A stretch of DNA of 64,000 bases from assembly GCA_002753225.1 (NCBI GenBank), contig PDZS01000015.1, positions 27,223 through 91,222 of the forward strand, given 5' to 3'. Source of the DNA: Deltaproteobacteria bacterium YD0425bin51 (lineage in GTDB: Bacteria > Desulfobacterota > Desulfobacteria > Desulfobacterales > YD0425bin51). Made by a program: the position numbers and the translations under genes. The first letter of the stretch is position 1. Each line of letters starts with the position of its first letter. The notes under the pieces are model-generated. The model was given only the letters and a program-made list of their open reading frames with translations, was not told where the DNA came from and did not search any database. Shown here piece after piece: positions 29,666-38,805 of the stretch.

Positions 29666-30463
29666 TTAATGCGGCTTATATTTTATAGCCTCTGGAATTT
29701 CTGACTTTATCTCCCTAATCCGCCTTTCATCTGCAGGGTGAGTACTCAAAAATTCAGGAGGCGCTCCGCCTTTTTTGTTCTTTGCCATCCTTTCCCAGAA
29801 AATAACTGCAGTTTCAGGATTATAGCCTGCCATAGCCATAAAAACTAGTCCTAAGTGATCTGCTTCTGACTCATGTAATCTGCTGTAAGGAAGCAATATC
29901 CCAACCTGTGTTCCTATCCCGAATGCTGTCATAAAGAGCTGTCTAGTTTGGGATGGTTTTTCAGCTAAAGCTGTAGAAAGAGCTACACCTCCTAATTCTG
30001 CAAGAAGACCTTGACTCATACGTTCACTTCCATGTCCAACAACTGCATGAGCTACTTCATGACCCATAATAACTGCAAGTCCTTCTTCATTTTGAGCAAT
30101 AGGGAGTATTCCTGTATAGACAACTACTTTTCCACCAGGCATAGCCCAAGCATTAACAGCATCATCTTTCACAAGATTAAATTCCCAATTATATCCTTCT
30201 AATCTATTCATGAGATTTTGTTCTTTAAAATACTTCTCAACTGCTCTCTGAATCCTTCTACCTGCTCTATTTACCATTTCTGCTTCAGGAGTACTTTTTA
30301 TTATTTCGTTTTTTGAAATAAACTGTTTATAAGAACTAAAACTCATTCCTAAAATTTGGTTTGAAGGGATTAAATTTAATTGCTGCCTCCCTGTTATTGG
30401 AACAGTTTGACATGAAAAAATAAATATGATTGTTATAAGAAATAATATAAGTTTTTTGTTCAT
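29666..30463 (-). CDS. M48 family zinc metallopeptidase lipoprotein
   Basis: 265 aa. Lipobox (IFSC), HEVAHAVVGH (HExxH) and a downstream glutamate. Confidence 0.75.
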   Translation of the reverse strand: MNKKLILFLITIIFIFSCQTVPITGRQQLNLIPSNQILGMSFSSYKQFISKNEIIKSTPEAEMVNRAGRRIQRAVEKYFKEQNLMNRLEGYNWEFNLVKDDAVNAWAMPGGKVVVYTGILPIAQNEEGLAVIMGHEVAHAVVGHGSERMSQGLLAELGGVALSTALAEKPSQTRQLFMTAFGIGTQVGILLPYSRLHESEADHLGLVFMAMAGYNPETAVIFWERMAKNKKGGAPPEFLSTHPADERRIREIKSEIPEAIKYKPH

Positions 30464-30471
30464 AATTTACC

Positions 30472-30888
30472 TCATTCAAAAATATCTATAATGGAAAGTT
30501 CTATATTAAAGAGATTATCAATAACTTTGTCATCAGAATATGTTTTATAATGATCCAAACTGGAATAAATCACAATGCTTTTTGCATGAGGTATAACTAG
30601 CCAACAAGATTTAATTCCAGCATTAAAATATATTTCAAATTTATCTATTAAATCTTGAATAGGTTGAGTAGGAGACAATATTTCAATTGTAACTAATGGC
30701 AATTCAACCATTTTAATAATATCTTTTTGTTGGATCCTTTTTTTTTTAGAATATATGCTAATGTCTGGCTTATGTTCTACTCCATTAATTTCAATACTTA
30801 ACTCTGGGAATATTTCATACTTGTCTATATTTCCCAAAAGTCTTATAAGCCTTCCATGTACAAAACTATGATTGAATGATGTCATCAT
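30472..30888 (-). CDS. Uma2-family (DUF820) restriction-endonuclease-like protein
   Basis: 138 aa. PDISIYS ... IEILSPTQ ... YF.AG ... CWLVIP matches the Uma2 PD-(D/E)xK-like core. Confidence 0.5.
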   Translation of the reverse strand: MMTSFNHSFVHGRLIRLLGNIDKYEIFPELSIEINGVEHKPDISIYSKKKRIQQKDIIKMVELPLVTIEILSPTQPIQDLIDKFEIYFNAGIKSCWLVIPHAKSIVIYSSLDHYKTYSDDKVIDNLFNIELSIIDIFE

Positions 30889-30904
30889 AATTTATAACCC
30901 TCGT

Positions 30905-32551
30905 TTACTTTAGTGAATTGTATAATATAAAACCGCCTGAAATTCCTTTGGCATTAAATCCATATTGCCTTAAAATTCTTGCTGCAATATATGATCTTTT
31001 ACCAACAACACAATATGTAAGTATTTCTCGATCTTTAGGAATTTCTGAGATTTTATCTCTAATTTGATGCAAAGGAATATTAATGCTTCCTTGAAGGTGG
31101 CTTTTTGAATATTCAAAAACTGTTCTGACATCTATAATGTAAGGAGAATTATCATTTATATTTTCCCAATGAGCAACAGGAGAATAACCTCTAATTGAAT
31201 TTGATGCAATCATACCAGCCATATTTACAGGGTCTTTTGCTGAACCATATGGTGGAGCATAACATAATTCAGCTTCTTCAAGGTCAAAAACAGTTCCATT
31301 TTTTTGAATAGCCATGGAAATAACGTCAATCCGCTTATCAACTCCTGCCATACCTACAGCTTGTGCGCCTAAAATTTTTCCATCTGACTGTGAAAATATG
31401 AGCTTCATTGTTATTGTTTTAGCATCAGGGTAATAACCAGCATGATTGTCCGGATGAAGGTAAATCTTTTCATATTCATTCATTTTATTTCTTTTCAGTG
31501 CTTTTTCTGAAAGACCTGTAAATGCAACAGTTAAACCTAGAATACCGCATATAGATGTTCCTTGAACTCCTCTGAATTTAGGCAATGGGTCTTTTCCAAA
31601 AAGAACGTCAGCAACTATTCTACCTTGTCTATTAGCTGGACCAGCAAGCGGAATAAGTGCAGGTATTCCTGAAATATAATCTTTAACTTGAACTGCATCA
31701 CCTACTGCATAGATATTTTCATCACTGGTCTGCATATATTCATTAACTTCAATTCCTCCAAGTTTGCCAATGGATAGTCCTGCCTGTTTTGCCAGATCAA
31801 TTTCCGGTTTAACACCAATACTTAAAACCACAATATCAGATTGTATAACTTTCCCTGTATTAGTTAAAATTCCTATACTTCCGTCCTTTTCCTGTTTAAA
31901 TCCTGTTACAGAAGTTTTTAATAAAAGAGAAATATCATATTTCTTTAGGTGTTCATGAATAAAGCTTGCAATTTCTGGATCAACTGGAGGCATAACTTGA
32001 GGCTGCATTTCAATAATAGAAACATCCAAACCATGCCTTTTTAGATTTTCAACCATTTCAAGCCCAATAAAACCTCCTCCAACAACAACAGCCCGTTTTA
32101 TATGTTTCTGTTTTATCCAGTTTATTATATTTCTGGAATCAGCTATGTTTCGCAGAGTAAATATGCCTGGTAAATCGATTCCATCTAGTTTAGGTTTGAT
32201 TGGAGAAGCTCCAGGAGATAGAAGGAGTTTATCGTATGATTCTTTATAAATTTTACCTGTTTTTAAGTCCTGAACTTCAATCTCTTTTTTTTCTCTATTT
32301 ATTGAGCAGACGTTATTTTCAGTTCTTACTTCAATATTAAACCAGCCTTTAAACATTTGAGGAGAAGCTACAAGAAGGTTTTCTTCTTTTGTAATTACAT
32401 TTCCAACATAATAAGGAAGTCCGCAGTTTGCAAATGAAACAAATTCACCTCGTTCAAAGATAATAATTTCAGTATGTTCTGAGAGCCTTCTAGCACGAGC
32501 TGCGCATGATGCTCCTCCTGCAACACCTCCGACAATTAATAATCTCTTCAT
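30905..32551 (-). CDS. CoA-disulfide reductase / NADH oxidase family flavoprotein with C-terminal rhodanese domain
   Basis: 548 aa. FAD motif IVGGVAGGASCAAR, redox-active Cys in SFANCGLPYY, a second NAD-binding GGGFIGLE, and a C-terminal rhodanese CVVGKRS active-site loop. Confidence 0.8.
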   Translation of the reverse strand: MKRLLIVGGVAGGASCAARARRLSEHTEIIIFERGEFVSFANCGLPYYVGNVITKEENLLVASPQMFKGWFNIEVRTENNVCSINREKKEIEVQDLKTGKIYKESYDKLLLSPGASPIKPKLDGIDLPGIFTLRNIADSRNIINWIKQKHIKRAVVVGGGFIGLEMVENLKRHGLDVSIIEMQPQVMPPVDPEIASFIHEHLKKYDISLLLKTSVTGFKQEKDGSIGILTNTGKVIQSDIVVLSIGVKPEIDLAKQAGLSIGKLGGIEVNEYMQTSDENIYAVGDAVQVKDYISGIPALIPLAGPANRQGRIVADVLFGKDPLPKFRGVQGTSICGILGLTVAFTGLSEKALKRNKMNEYEKIYLHPDNHAGYYPDAKTITMKLIFSQSDGKILGAQAVGMAGVDKRIDVISMAIQKNGTVFDLEEAELCYAPPYGSAKDPVNMAGMIASNSIRGYSPVAHWENINDNSPYIIDVRTVFEYSKSHLQGSINIPLHQIRDKISEIPKDREILTYCVVGKRSYIAARILRQYGFNAKGISGGFILYNSLK

Positions 32552-32555
32552 TTTA

Positions 32556-34397
32556 TTAAACCTCCTGTTTTCTTTTAGATGCTTCTTTTAGATGCCTTTG
32601 ATGGCTAGAAAGTACACTTTTTCTTAGTCTTATTGATTTTGGTGTAACTTCTATCAGCTCATCATCTTTAATAAAGTTAATAGCGCGCTCTAAAGTCATT
32701 TGTTTTATAGTAGTTAAGATAATATTTTCATCTTTTCCAGCAGCCCTCATATTACTTAATTTTTTTTCTTTGCATGGGTTTACATTAATATCATTATGCT
32801 TGCTGTGTTCGCCAATTACCATTCCTTCATATACAAGATTACCGGGTACAATAAAAAGTTGACCTCTTGGCTCTAGATTAAATAAGGCATAAGCTACAGC
32901 ATTTCCTGATCTGTCACTTACAAGTGAACCAGTAAATCTGGTTAAAAAATCACCTCTATAAGGCTCATATCCAATAAAGTAAGAATTTATAATTCCTGTA
33001 CCTTTTGTGTCAGTTAAAAGTTCTTCTCTGTAACCTATAAGCCCCCTGGAAGGTATACTAAATTCTATTCTTACCCTTCCTTTGCCGTCATTTGCAAGAT
33101 TCAGCATCTTTCCTTTTCTAATGGAAAGTTTTTCAGTAACAATTCCCATAAATTCTTCATTACAATCAATAAAAAGATGTTCAATTGGTTCTAACTTTGT
33201 TTTATCCTCATATTTATATATAACCTCAGGTCTTCCAACGCACATTTCAAAGCCTTCTCTCCGCATGGTTTCAACCAAAATAGCCATTTGGAATTCCCCA
33301 CGTCCTTTTACTGTAAAACTTTCTTTATCATCTGTCATTTCAACTTGAATAGCAACATTTTTCAATGCTTCTTTTTGAAGTCTTTCAAAAATTCTACTAG
33401 ACTGAACGTAGGCTCCTTCTCGACCAACTAAAGGGGAGTTGTTTCCAGAAAATTTCATGCTCACTGTAGGCTCGTCAACTCTAATTCTATTTAATGCTTT
33501 AGGCGAGCTTTTTGTACAGATTGTATCACCTATTGTAACATTTTCAATACCTGATAAAACAACTATGTCTCCTGGTTCTACAAAATCTGCAGGAACGAAT
33601 TTAGGTCCTTCGTAAACTTGAAGTCTTATAACTTTTAAAGGAATACTTTCTCCTTTTCCGTTTATACAGATTAGATTATCATTAGACATTGTTTTACCAT
33701 TTATTATTCTCCCAATTGCCAGTCTTCCCATATAATCGGAATATCCTAAATCAGCAACCAGCATTTGAAAAGGCTCATCTATTTCATATTTAGGTCCTGG
33801 TATATATTCAAGTACTGTATCAAAAAGAATTTCTAAATTTTTATTTTCATCTTCTAAATTTTTCTTGCAAACTCCATCTCTTCCAATTGAATAGAGTACA
33901 GGAAAATCTATTTGCTCCTCTGTTGCATCCAGATCAATAAAAAGGTCATAGATTTCATCTAATACCTGAGTGATTCTAGCATCTTTTCTATCAATTTTAT
34001 TTATAACTACTATAACCTTTAATTTAGCCTCCAATGTTTTCTTTAAAACAAATCGAGTCTGGGGGAGAGGTCCTTCTGATGCATCAACTAAAAGAAGAGC
34101 ACCGTCTGCCATAGCAAGAGCACGTTCTACTTCTCCTCCAAAATCAGCATGCCCTGGCGTATCTATTATATTAATCTTTACATTTTTCCAAAACACTGAA
34201 CAATTTTTGGCAGCAATTGTGATTCCTCTTTCCCTCTCTAAATCAAGGTTATCCATTACTCTTCTGGCTATTTCCTGGCCATCTCTAAAAACTCCGCTTT
34301 GTTTAAACATAGCGTCAACTAATGTTGTTTTTCCATGATCAACATGTGCAATAATAGCAATATTTCTTATTTTGTCATTTACAGCAATTCGCTTCAT
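32556..34397 (-). CDS. typA: Translational GTPase TypA/BipA
   Basis: 613 aa. G-domain AHVDHGKTTL and DTPGHADF, EF-G-like domains II/III/V and the BipA C-terminal domain. Confidence 0.93.
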   Translation of the reverse strand: MKRIAVNDKIRNIAIIAHVDHGKTTLVDAMFKQSGVFRDGQEIARRVMDNLDLERERGITIAAKNCSVFWKNVKINIIDTPGHADFGGEVERALAMADGALLLVDASEGPLPQTRFVLKKTLEAKLKVIVVINKIDRKDARITQVLDEIYDLFIDLDATEEQIDFPVLYSIGRDGVCKKNLEDENKNLEILFDTVLEYIPGPKYEIDEPFQMLVADLGYSDYMGRLAIGRIINGKTMSNDNLICINGKGESIPLKVIRLQVYEGPKFVPADFVEPGDIVVLSGIENVTIGDTICTKSSPKALNRIRVDEPTVSMKFSGNNSPLVGREGAYVQSSRIFERLQKEALKNVAIQVEMTDDKESFTVKGRGEFQMAILVETMRREGFEMCVGRPEVIYKYEDKTKLEPIEHLFIDCNEEFMGIVTEKLSIRKGKMLNLANDGKGRVRIEFSIPSRGLIGYREELLTDTKGTGIINSYFIGYEPYRGDFLTRFTGSLVSDRSGNAVAYALFNLEPRGQLFIVPGNLVYEGMVIGEHSKHNDINVNPCKEKKLSNMRAAGKDENIILTTIKQMTLERAINFIKDDELIEVTPKSIRLRKSVLSSHQRHLKEASKRKQEV

Positions 34398-34479
34398 TTC
34401 TATTTTTTTTAACTCCTTTCATTATTTTATGGTATTATATCATCTTTTTAAATAATAACAAACATTAGGAGGGGAAAAA

Positions 34480-34935
34480 ATGGGAGCATTCAGAGACGCT
34501 CTTTTAAGTGATGTTAATAGACAGAATCTGATTGCAAGTTGCGTTAATCTGATTGAAAGTGAAGTATCAGGGAAAAAAGGAGCATCAGGAATAATGATTA
34601 GAGCTGCTTATAAAGCATTTAAGTCAATAAAGCCTAAAATAGTTGAAAAAGGAGTTTTATATATTTTAGATGATTTTACTTATGTTCTTGAACAGCAGTA
34701 TTCATTATATCTATACAATGAGACATCAAATATTTCCGGCTTTGATGAATGGCTGATTCAAAGATCTATTTTTATTGCAGAAGATATGCTAAAGATAACA
34801 GACAATATTATAGAAAAATCTAATAAGATAGTTTTAAAAAAGATATATGGGAAATTAAGAGATATAGCATCTCAAAATGTAGCTTTAGCTATGCCGAAAA
34901 TTGCAGAAATTATTATGAAGTTTTTAAAAAAATAA
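34480..34935 (+). CDS. Hypothetical protein
   Basis: 151-aa ORF preceded by a strong RBS (AGGAGGGG). No recognisable motifs. Confidence 0.3.
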   Translation: MGAFRDALLSDVNRQNLIASCVNLIESEVSGKKGASGIMIRAAYKAFKSIKPKIVEKGVLYILDDFTYVLEQQYSLYLYNETSNISGFDEWLIQRSIFIAEDMLKITDNIIEKSNKIVLKKIYGKLRDIASQNVALAMPKIAEIIMKFLKK

Positions 34936-34995
34936 TAATGGATTTTATAATAAAACAATGGTAATTTACTCTTAAATTAGGAGGTATAACACCAG

Positions 34996-35958
34996 ATGGA
35001 ACTTATAAATTTAGAAGATGATTCTGTTGAAAAAAAAACATATGATTTATTAATTTTAGGCGGAGGTGCATCAGCAATGACAGCTGCTATTTATGCAGCT
35101 AGAAAGATGTTAAAGATTGCTTTGATGACCAAAGATATAGGTGGACAGATTACTTATACTTCAGAAATAGAGAACTATCCAGGGTTCCAAGCAATTACAG
35201 GAAATGAGCTTACAGATAAATTTCAAGCCCAAGTTAAGGCTTTTGATATTCCCATATGGCTGGACAATATTTCTAAAGTCCGAAAAGAAGAGGATTTGTT
35301 TTATGTTGAAACAGAAAGTGAAACAGTTTTTAAGGGGAGAACTCTTATAGTTGCTACTGGAAAACGTTATAGATCACTTAATGTTCCTGGAGAAAAGGAA
35401 TTTGTTGGAAGAGGAGTAGCTTATTGCAGCACATGTGATGCTCCTTTTTATAGAAATAGAAATGTTGTAGTTGCAGGAGGAGGAAATTCAGCCGTAACTG
35501 CTGCATTAGATTTGCTTAAAGTTGCAAAACATGTTTATTTAGTCAATTATTCCAAAGGGCTGCAAGCAGACCCAATTATGATATCTTCTCTAGAAAAATT
35601 TAAGGATAAATTAACGCTTTTGGATGAAAGTGCCATAACTAAAATTGAAGGTGATAAGTTTGTAACAGGTATTTATATAAAAGATAGAAAAGATAATAAA
35701 GAAAGAATAATTGAAGCAGAAGGAATTTTTATTGAAATTGGTTTGATACCAAATTCAGAAATAGTAAAAGATTTTGTTGAGCTTAATAAAAATAATGAAA
35801 TTGTTGTTGATTATAAGTGTTCTACTAATATACTAGGGTTATTTGCAGCAGGTGATGTAACAACAGTTCCACACAAACAGATTATAATAGCTGCAGGAGA
35901 GGGAGCAAAAGCAGCACTGTCTGCTTATGAATATCTATCTAAACAGGGCTATGTCTAA
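34996..35958 (+). CDS. Thioredoxin-disulfide reductase-like flavoprotein
   Basis: 320 aa. FAD motif LILGGGASAMTAAIYAA, redox CxxC in YCSTCDAPFY, NADPH-binding VVAGGGNSA. Confidence 0.75.
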   Translation: MELINLEDDSVEKKTYDLLILGGGASAMTAAIYAARKMLKIALMTKDIGGQITYTSEIENYPGFQAITGNELTDKFQAQVKAFDIPIWLDNISKVRKEEDLFYVETESETVFKGRTLIVATGKRYRSLNVPGEKEFVGRGVAYCSTCDAPFYRNRNVVVAGGGNSAVTAALDLLKVAKHVYLVNYSKGLQADPIMISSLEKFKDKLTLLDESAITKIEGDKFVTGIYIKDRKDNKERIIEAEGIFIEIGLIPNSEIVKDFVELNKNNEIVVDYKCSTNILGLFAAGDVTTVPHKQIIIAAGEGAKAALSAYEYLSKQGYV

Positions 35959-36478
35959 CAAATCATTTTTTTTATATATAATATTATTGTTTTCAACAAA
36001 TTCATATGCTCATCTTGATGATCATCTGATAAAAGCAGGTTTTTTAGAAAAATTTGCGCTTTTTACAGAATGGCCTCCTGAATCTAAATTTAAAGATTGC
36101 TCCAAACCTTTTATCATTTCAGTTTTAGGTCAAGATCCAATTATTAATGATCTGGAAAAAATATATAAACATTATAGAATTAATAATAAAGATGTTAAAA
36201 TAAGGACTATTTCCAAGATAAATGAAATAGAAGATTCTGATATTTTATATCTTACAGAATCCATTAAAGATAATATTCCTGAAATTATCAAATATACAGA
36301 AAATTTGCCCATAATAACTGTTTGTGATACAGAAAATTGTGCAGAAATTGGTTGTCATATTGGTTTTTATATTACAGATAAAGGAACAGTTCATTTTAAG
36401 ATTAACGTATCTAAAATGAAGCAAGCTGGACTAAAAATGAATGTTTTAGTCTTAGACATAGCAAAAATTATTAAATGA
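35951..36478 (+). CDS. DUF4154 (YfiR-like) periplasmic protein
   Basis: Signal peptide MSNKSFFLYIILLFSTNSYA, then LIKAGFLEKFALFTEWP, which resembles the DUF4154/YfiR core. Translationally coupled to the downstream kinase gene. An alternative ATG at 35927 overlaps the upstream gene. Confidence 0.55.
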   Translation: MSNKSFFLYIILLFSTNSYAHLDDHLIKAGFLEKFALFTEWPPESKFKDCSKPFIISVLGQDPIINDLEKIYKHYRINNKDVKIRTISKINEIEDSDILYLTESIKDNIPEIIKYTENLPIITVCDTENCAEIGCHIGFYITDKGTVHFKINVSKMKQAGLKMNVLVLDIAKIIK

Positions 36479-38796
36479 GAATAAGGCAATTAAAAATGTT
36501 TTCAAAGAAAAGCTCGATTCGAAAAAAACTAATTAATATTATTATTCTATCTTGTGCTTTTGTTATTGTATTTGGAATATCCATAATTACAATAGGTTAT
36601 ATTAGATATATAAAACAAGATATAATAAATCGAACTATAATGGAAACAAAACTTATTGGCGAATACTGTGTTACCCCCCTTAGTTTTGATTATCCTGAGA
36701 GAGCAAAAGAGGTTTTGGAAAAATTAAGATTCTGGCCAGATATTATAGCAGGAATAGTTTTTGATAATAAAGGCAAAATATTTGCTGAATATAAAATCGA
36801 TGGCGCAAATACAAAGATTTTAATTGATCGCAATAATAAAAATATTGGGACATATCATCTGTTTGAAGATGATAAATTACATGTTTGCTCAAATATTTTT
36901 TATAAAAACATGCAATATGGCTCTATTTATATTATCCTCAATACAAAGATTACAGAAAAGATAGATAAATTTCTTGTTCTTATATCTTTACTTATGTTTT
37001 TTTTATTGATTTTAGCATACCTTGTTGCAAATAATATGCAGAAATTTATATCAAAGCCTATTTTAAAGCTAACAAATATTGCAGAAGAAATTTATAAAAA
37101 GACTAAAGGTGATGTGGAAATTTCTTATGATGATAATGATGAGATTAGTAAATTAAACATGGCATTTAATTTAATGGTAGCATCTTTAGAAACAAGAGAA
37201 ATAGAGATTAACATGATTATTGAGACTGCTAATGCCCCTATATTTGCTATAGATAGAGATGGTACAATAGTTAAATGGAATAAAAAAGCTGAAGATATAA
37301 CTGGTTACAGTAAAGATGAAGTAATTGGAAAGAAATCTACTATGGATATCATAGAACCAGATTCCTACTTGCTATACAATAATATTGTAGATAAAGCTTT
37401 CTCAGGGAATAGCGATTCAAATATTGAAATTTTCTTTATTACAAAAAGTAGAAATAAAATAGACATACTCTTAAACATTTCTCCCAGAAAGGATATAGAA
37501 GGTAATATTATTGGAGCAATAATCATGGGTCAAGATATTACAGATAGGAGACGCTTTCAGGAAGAATTAGAGCATGAAAGAGAATCTTTAGCCCAGCGCG
37601 TTCAAGATCGAACTAATAAGCTTATGACAGCAAATGCTGAATTATCAAGGGCAGCAAGGCTTAAAGATGAATTTTTAGCAAATATGAGTCATGAATTACG
37701 TACTCCTCTTAGTTCAATTTTGGGAATGACTGAAGTGCTAAATGAACAAATATATGGTCAATTGAATGAAAAACAATTATCGTTTTTAAAAACTATTGAA
37801 GATAGCGGCCGTCATTTGTTAAGTTTAATAAATGATATTTTGGATATTTCAAAAATTGAAGCAGGTAAATTAAAGGTTCAGATCTCGCCTGTATTTATAC
37901 CATCAATATGTGAGATCAGTTTAAGATTTATAAAACAAATAGCCGCCAAGAAACGGATCAAAGTGCAATCAAAATTAATGAATATTGAAAAGACTATTGG
38001 TGCTGATGAAATTAGACTAAAGCAAATTTTAGTAAATCTCTTATCCAATGCAGTTAAGTTTACCCAAGAAGGCGGAAATGTTGGCTTAGAAGTTTATGAG
38101 GATAATGAGAATTCTGTTACCCAATTTACAGTTTGGGATACAGGAATCGGAATTGCAAAGGAAGATATAAGTAAACTATTTCAGCCTTTTATTCAATTAG
38201 ATACAAGCCTTTCAAGAAAATATGAAGGGGCAGGACTAGGGCTTGCTTTAGTATCTCGTTTAGCTAAAATTCAAGGCGGTGATGTAAAAGTAGAAAGCAC
38301 ATTAGGACAAGGAAGCAAATTTACGGTTTCAATACCATGGAATAATTTAGATGACAATAAAAACAATAACCCAAAAGAGATAATAGATGAAGATACAGAT
38401 GACCCCCTATTTTCAAATAAAGAAACAGGTATTTTGATTTTAATTGTTGATGATGTTAAAGAAAATCTTAATACATTTTCATATTACTTAAAAGCAAAAG
38501 GATATAGCATTATTACTGCACAAAGCGGTACTGGAGGGATTAAAATGGCTATTTCAGAACATCCTGATTTGATTTTAATGGATATCCAGATGCCGGAAAT
38601 GGATGGTCTAGAAGCAATTAGCCGTATTCGTTCTTATAATGAATTAAAATCTATTCCAATTATTGCAATCACTGCTTTGGCAATGCCGGGTGATGACAAA
38701 AGATGCTTAGATGCTGGAGCTAATATGTACATAAGTAAACCAGTTAAGTTAAAACAGCTTGTTATAAAAATTTCTGAACTTTTAAATAGGGCTTGA
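36475..38796 (+). CDS. Hybrid sensor histidine kinase with periplasmic sensor, PAS, HisKA, HATPase and receiver domains
   Basis: 773 aa. Two TM helices, PAS, H-box MSHELRTPL, HATPase (DTGIGI, GAGLGLALV) and a C-terminal REC domain (DIQMPEMDG). Confidence 0.85.
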   Translation: MRIRQLKMFSKKSSIRKKLINIIILSCAFVIVFGISIITIGYIRYIKQDIINRTIMETKLIGEYCVTPLSFDYPERAKEVLEKLRFWPDIIAGIVFDNKGKIFAEYKIDGANTKILIDRNNKNIGTYHLFEDDKLHVCSNIFYKNMQYGSIYIILNTKITEKIDKFLVLISLLMFFLLILAYLVANNMQKFISKPILKLTNIAEEIYKKTKGDVEISYDDNDEISKLNMAFNLMVASLETREIEINMIIETANAPIFAIDRDGTIVKWNKKAEDITGYSKDEVIGKKSTMDIIEPDSYLLYNNIVDKAFSGNSDSNIEIFFITKSRNKIDILLNISPRKDIEGNIIGAIIMGQDITDRRRFQEELEHERESLAQRVQDRTNKLMTANAELSRAARLKDEFLANMSHELRTPLSSILGMTEVLNEQIYGQLNEKQLSFLKTIEDSGRHLLSLINDILDISKIEAGKLKVQISPVFIPSICEISLRFIKQIAAKKRIKVQSKLMNIEKTIGADEIRLKQILVNLLSNAVKFTQEGGNVGLEVYEDNENSVTQFTVWDTGIGIAKEDISKLFQPFIQLDTSLSRKYEGAGLGLALVSRLAKIQGGDVKVESTLGQGSKFTVSIPWNNLDDNKNNNPKEIIDEDTDDPLFSNKETGILILIVDDVKENLNTFSYYLKAKGYSIITAQSGTGGIKMAISEHPDLILMDIQMPEMDGLEAISRIRSYNELKSIPIIAITALAMPGDDKRCLDAGANMYISKPVKLKQLVIKISELLNRA

Positions 38797-38805
38797 TCAT
38801 AAGTC

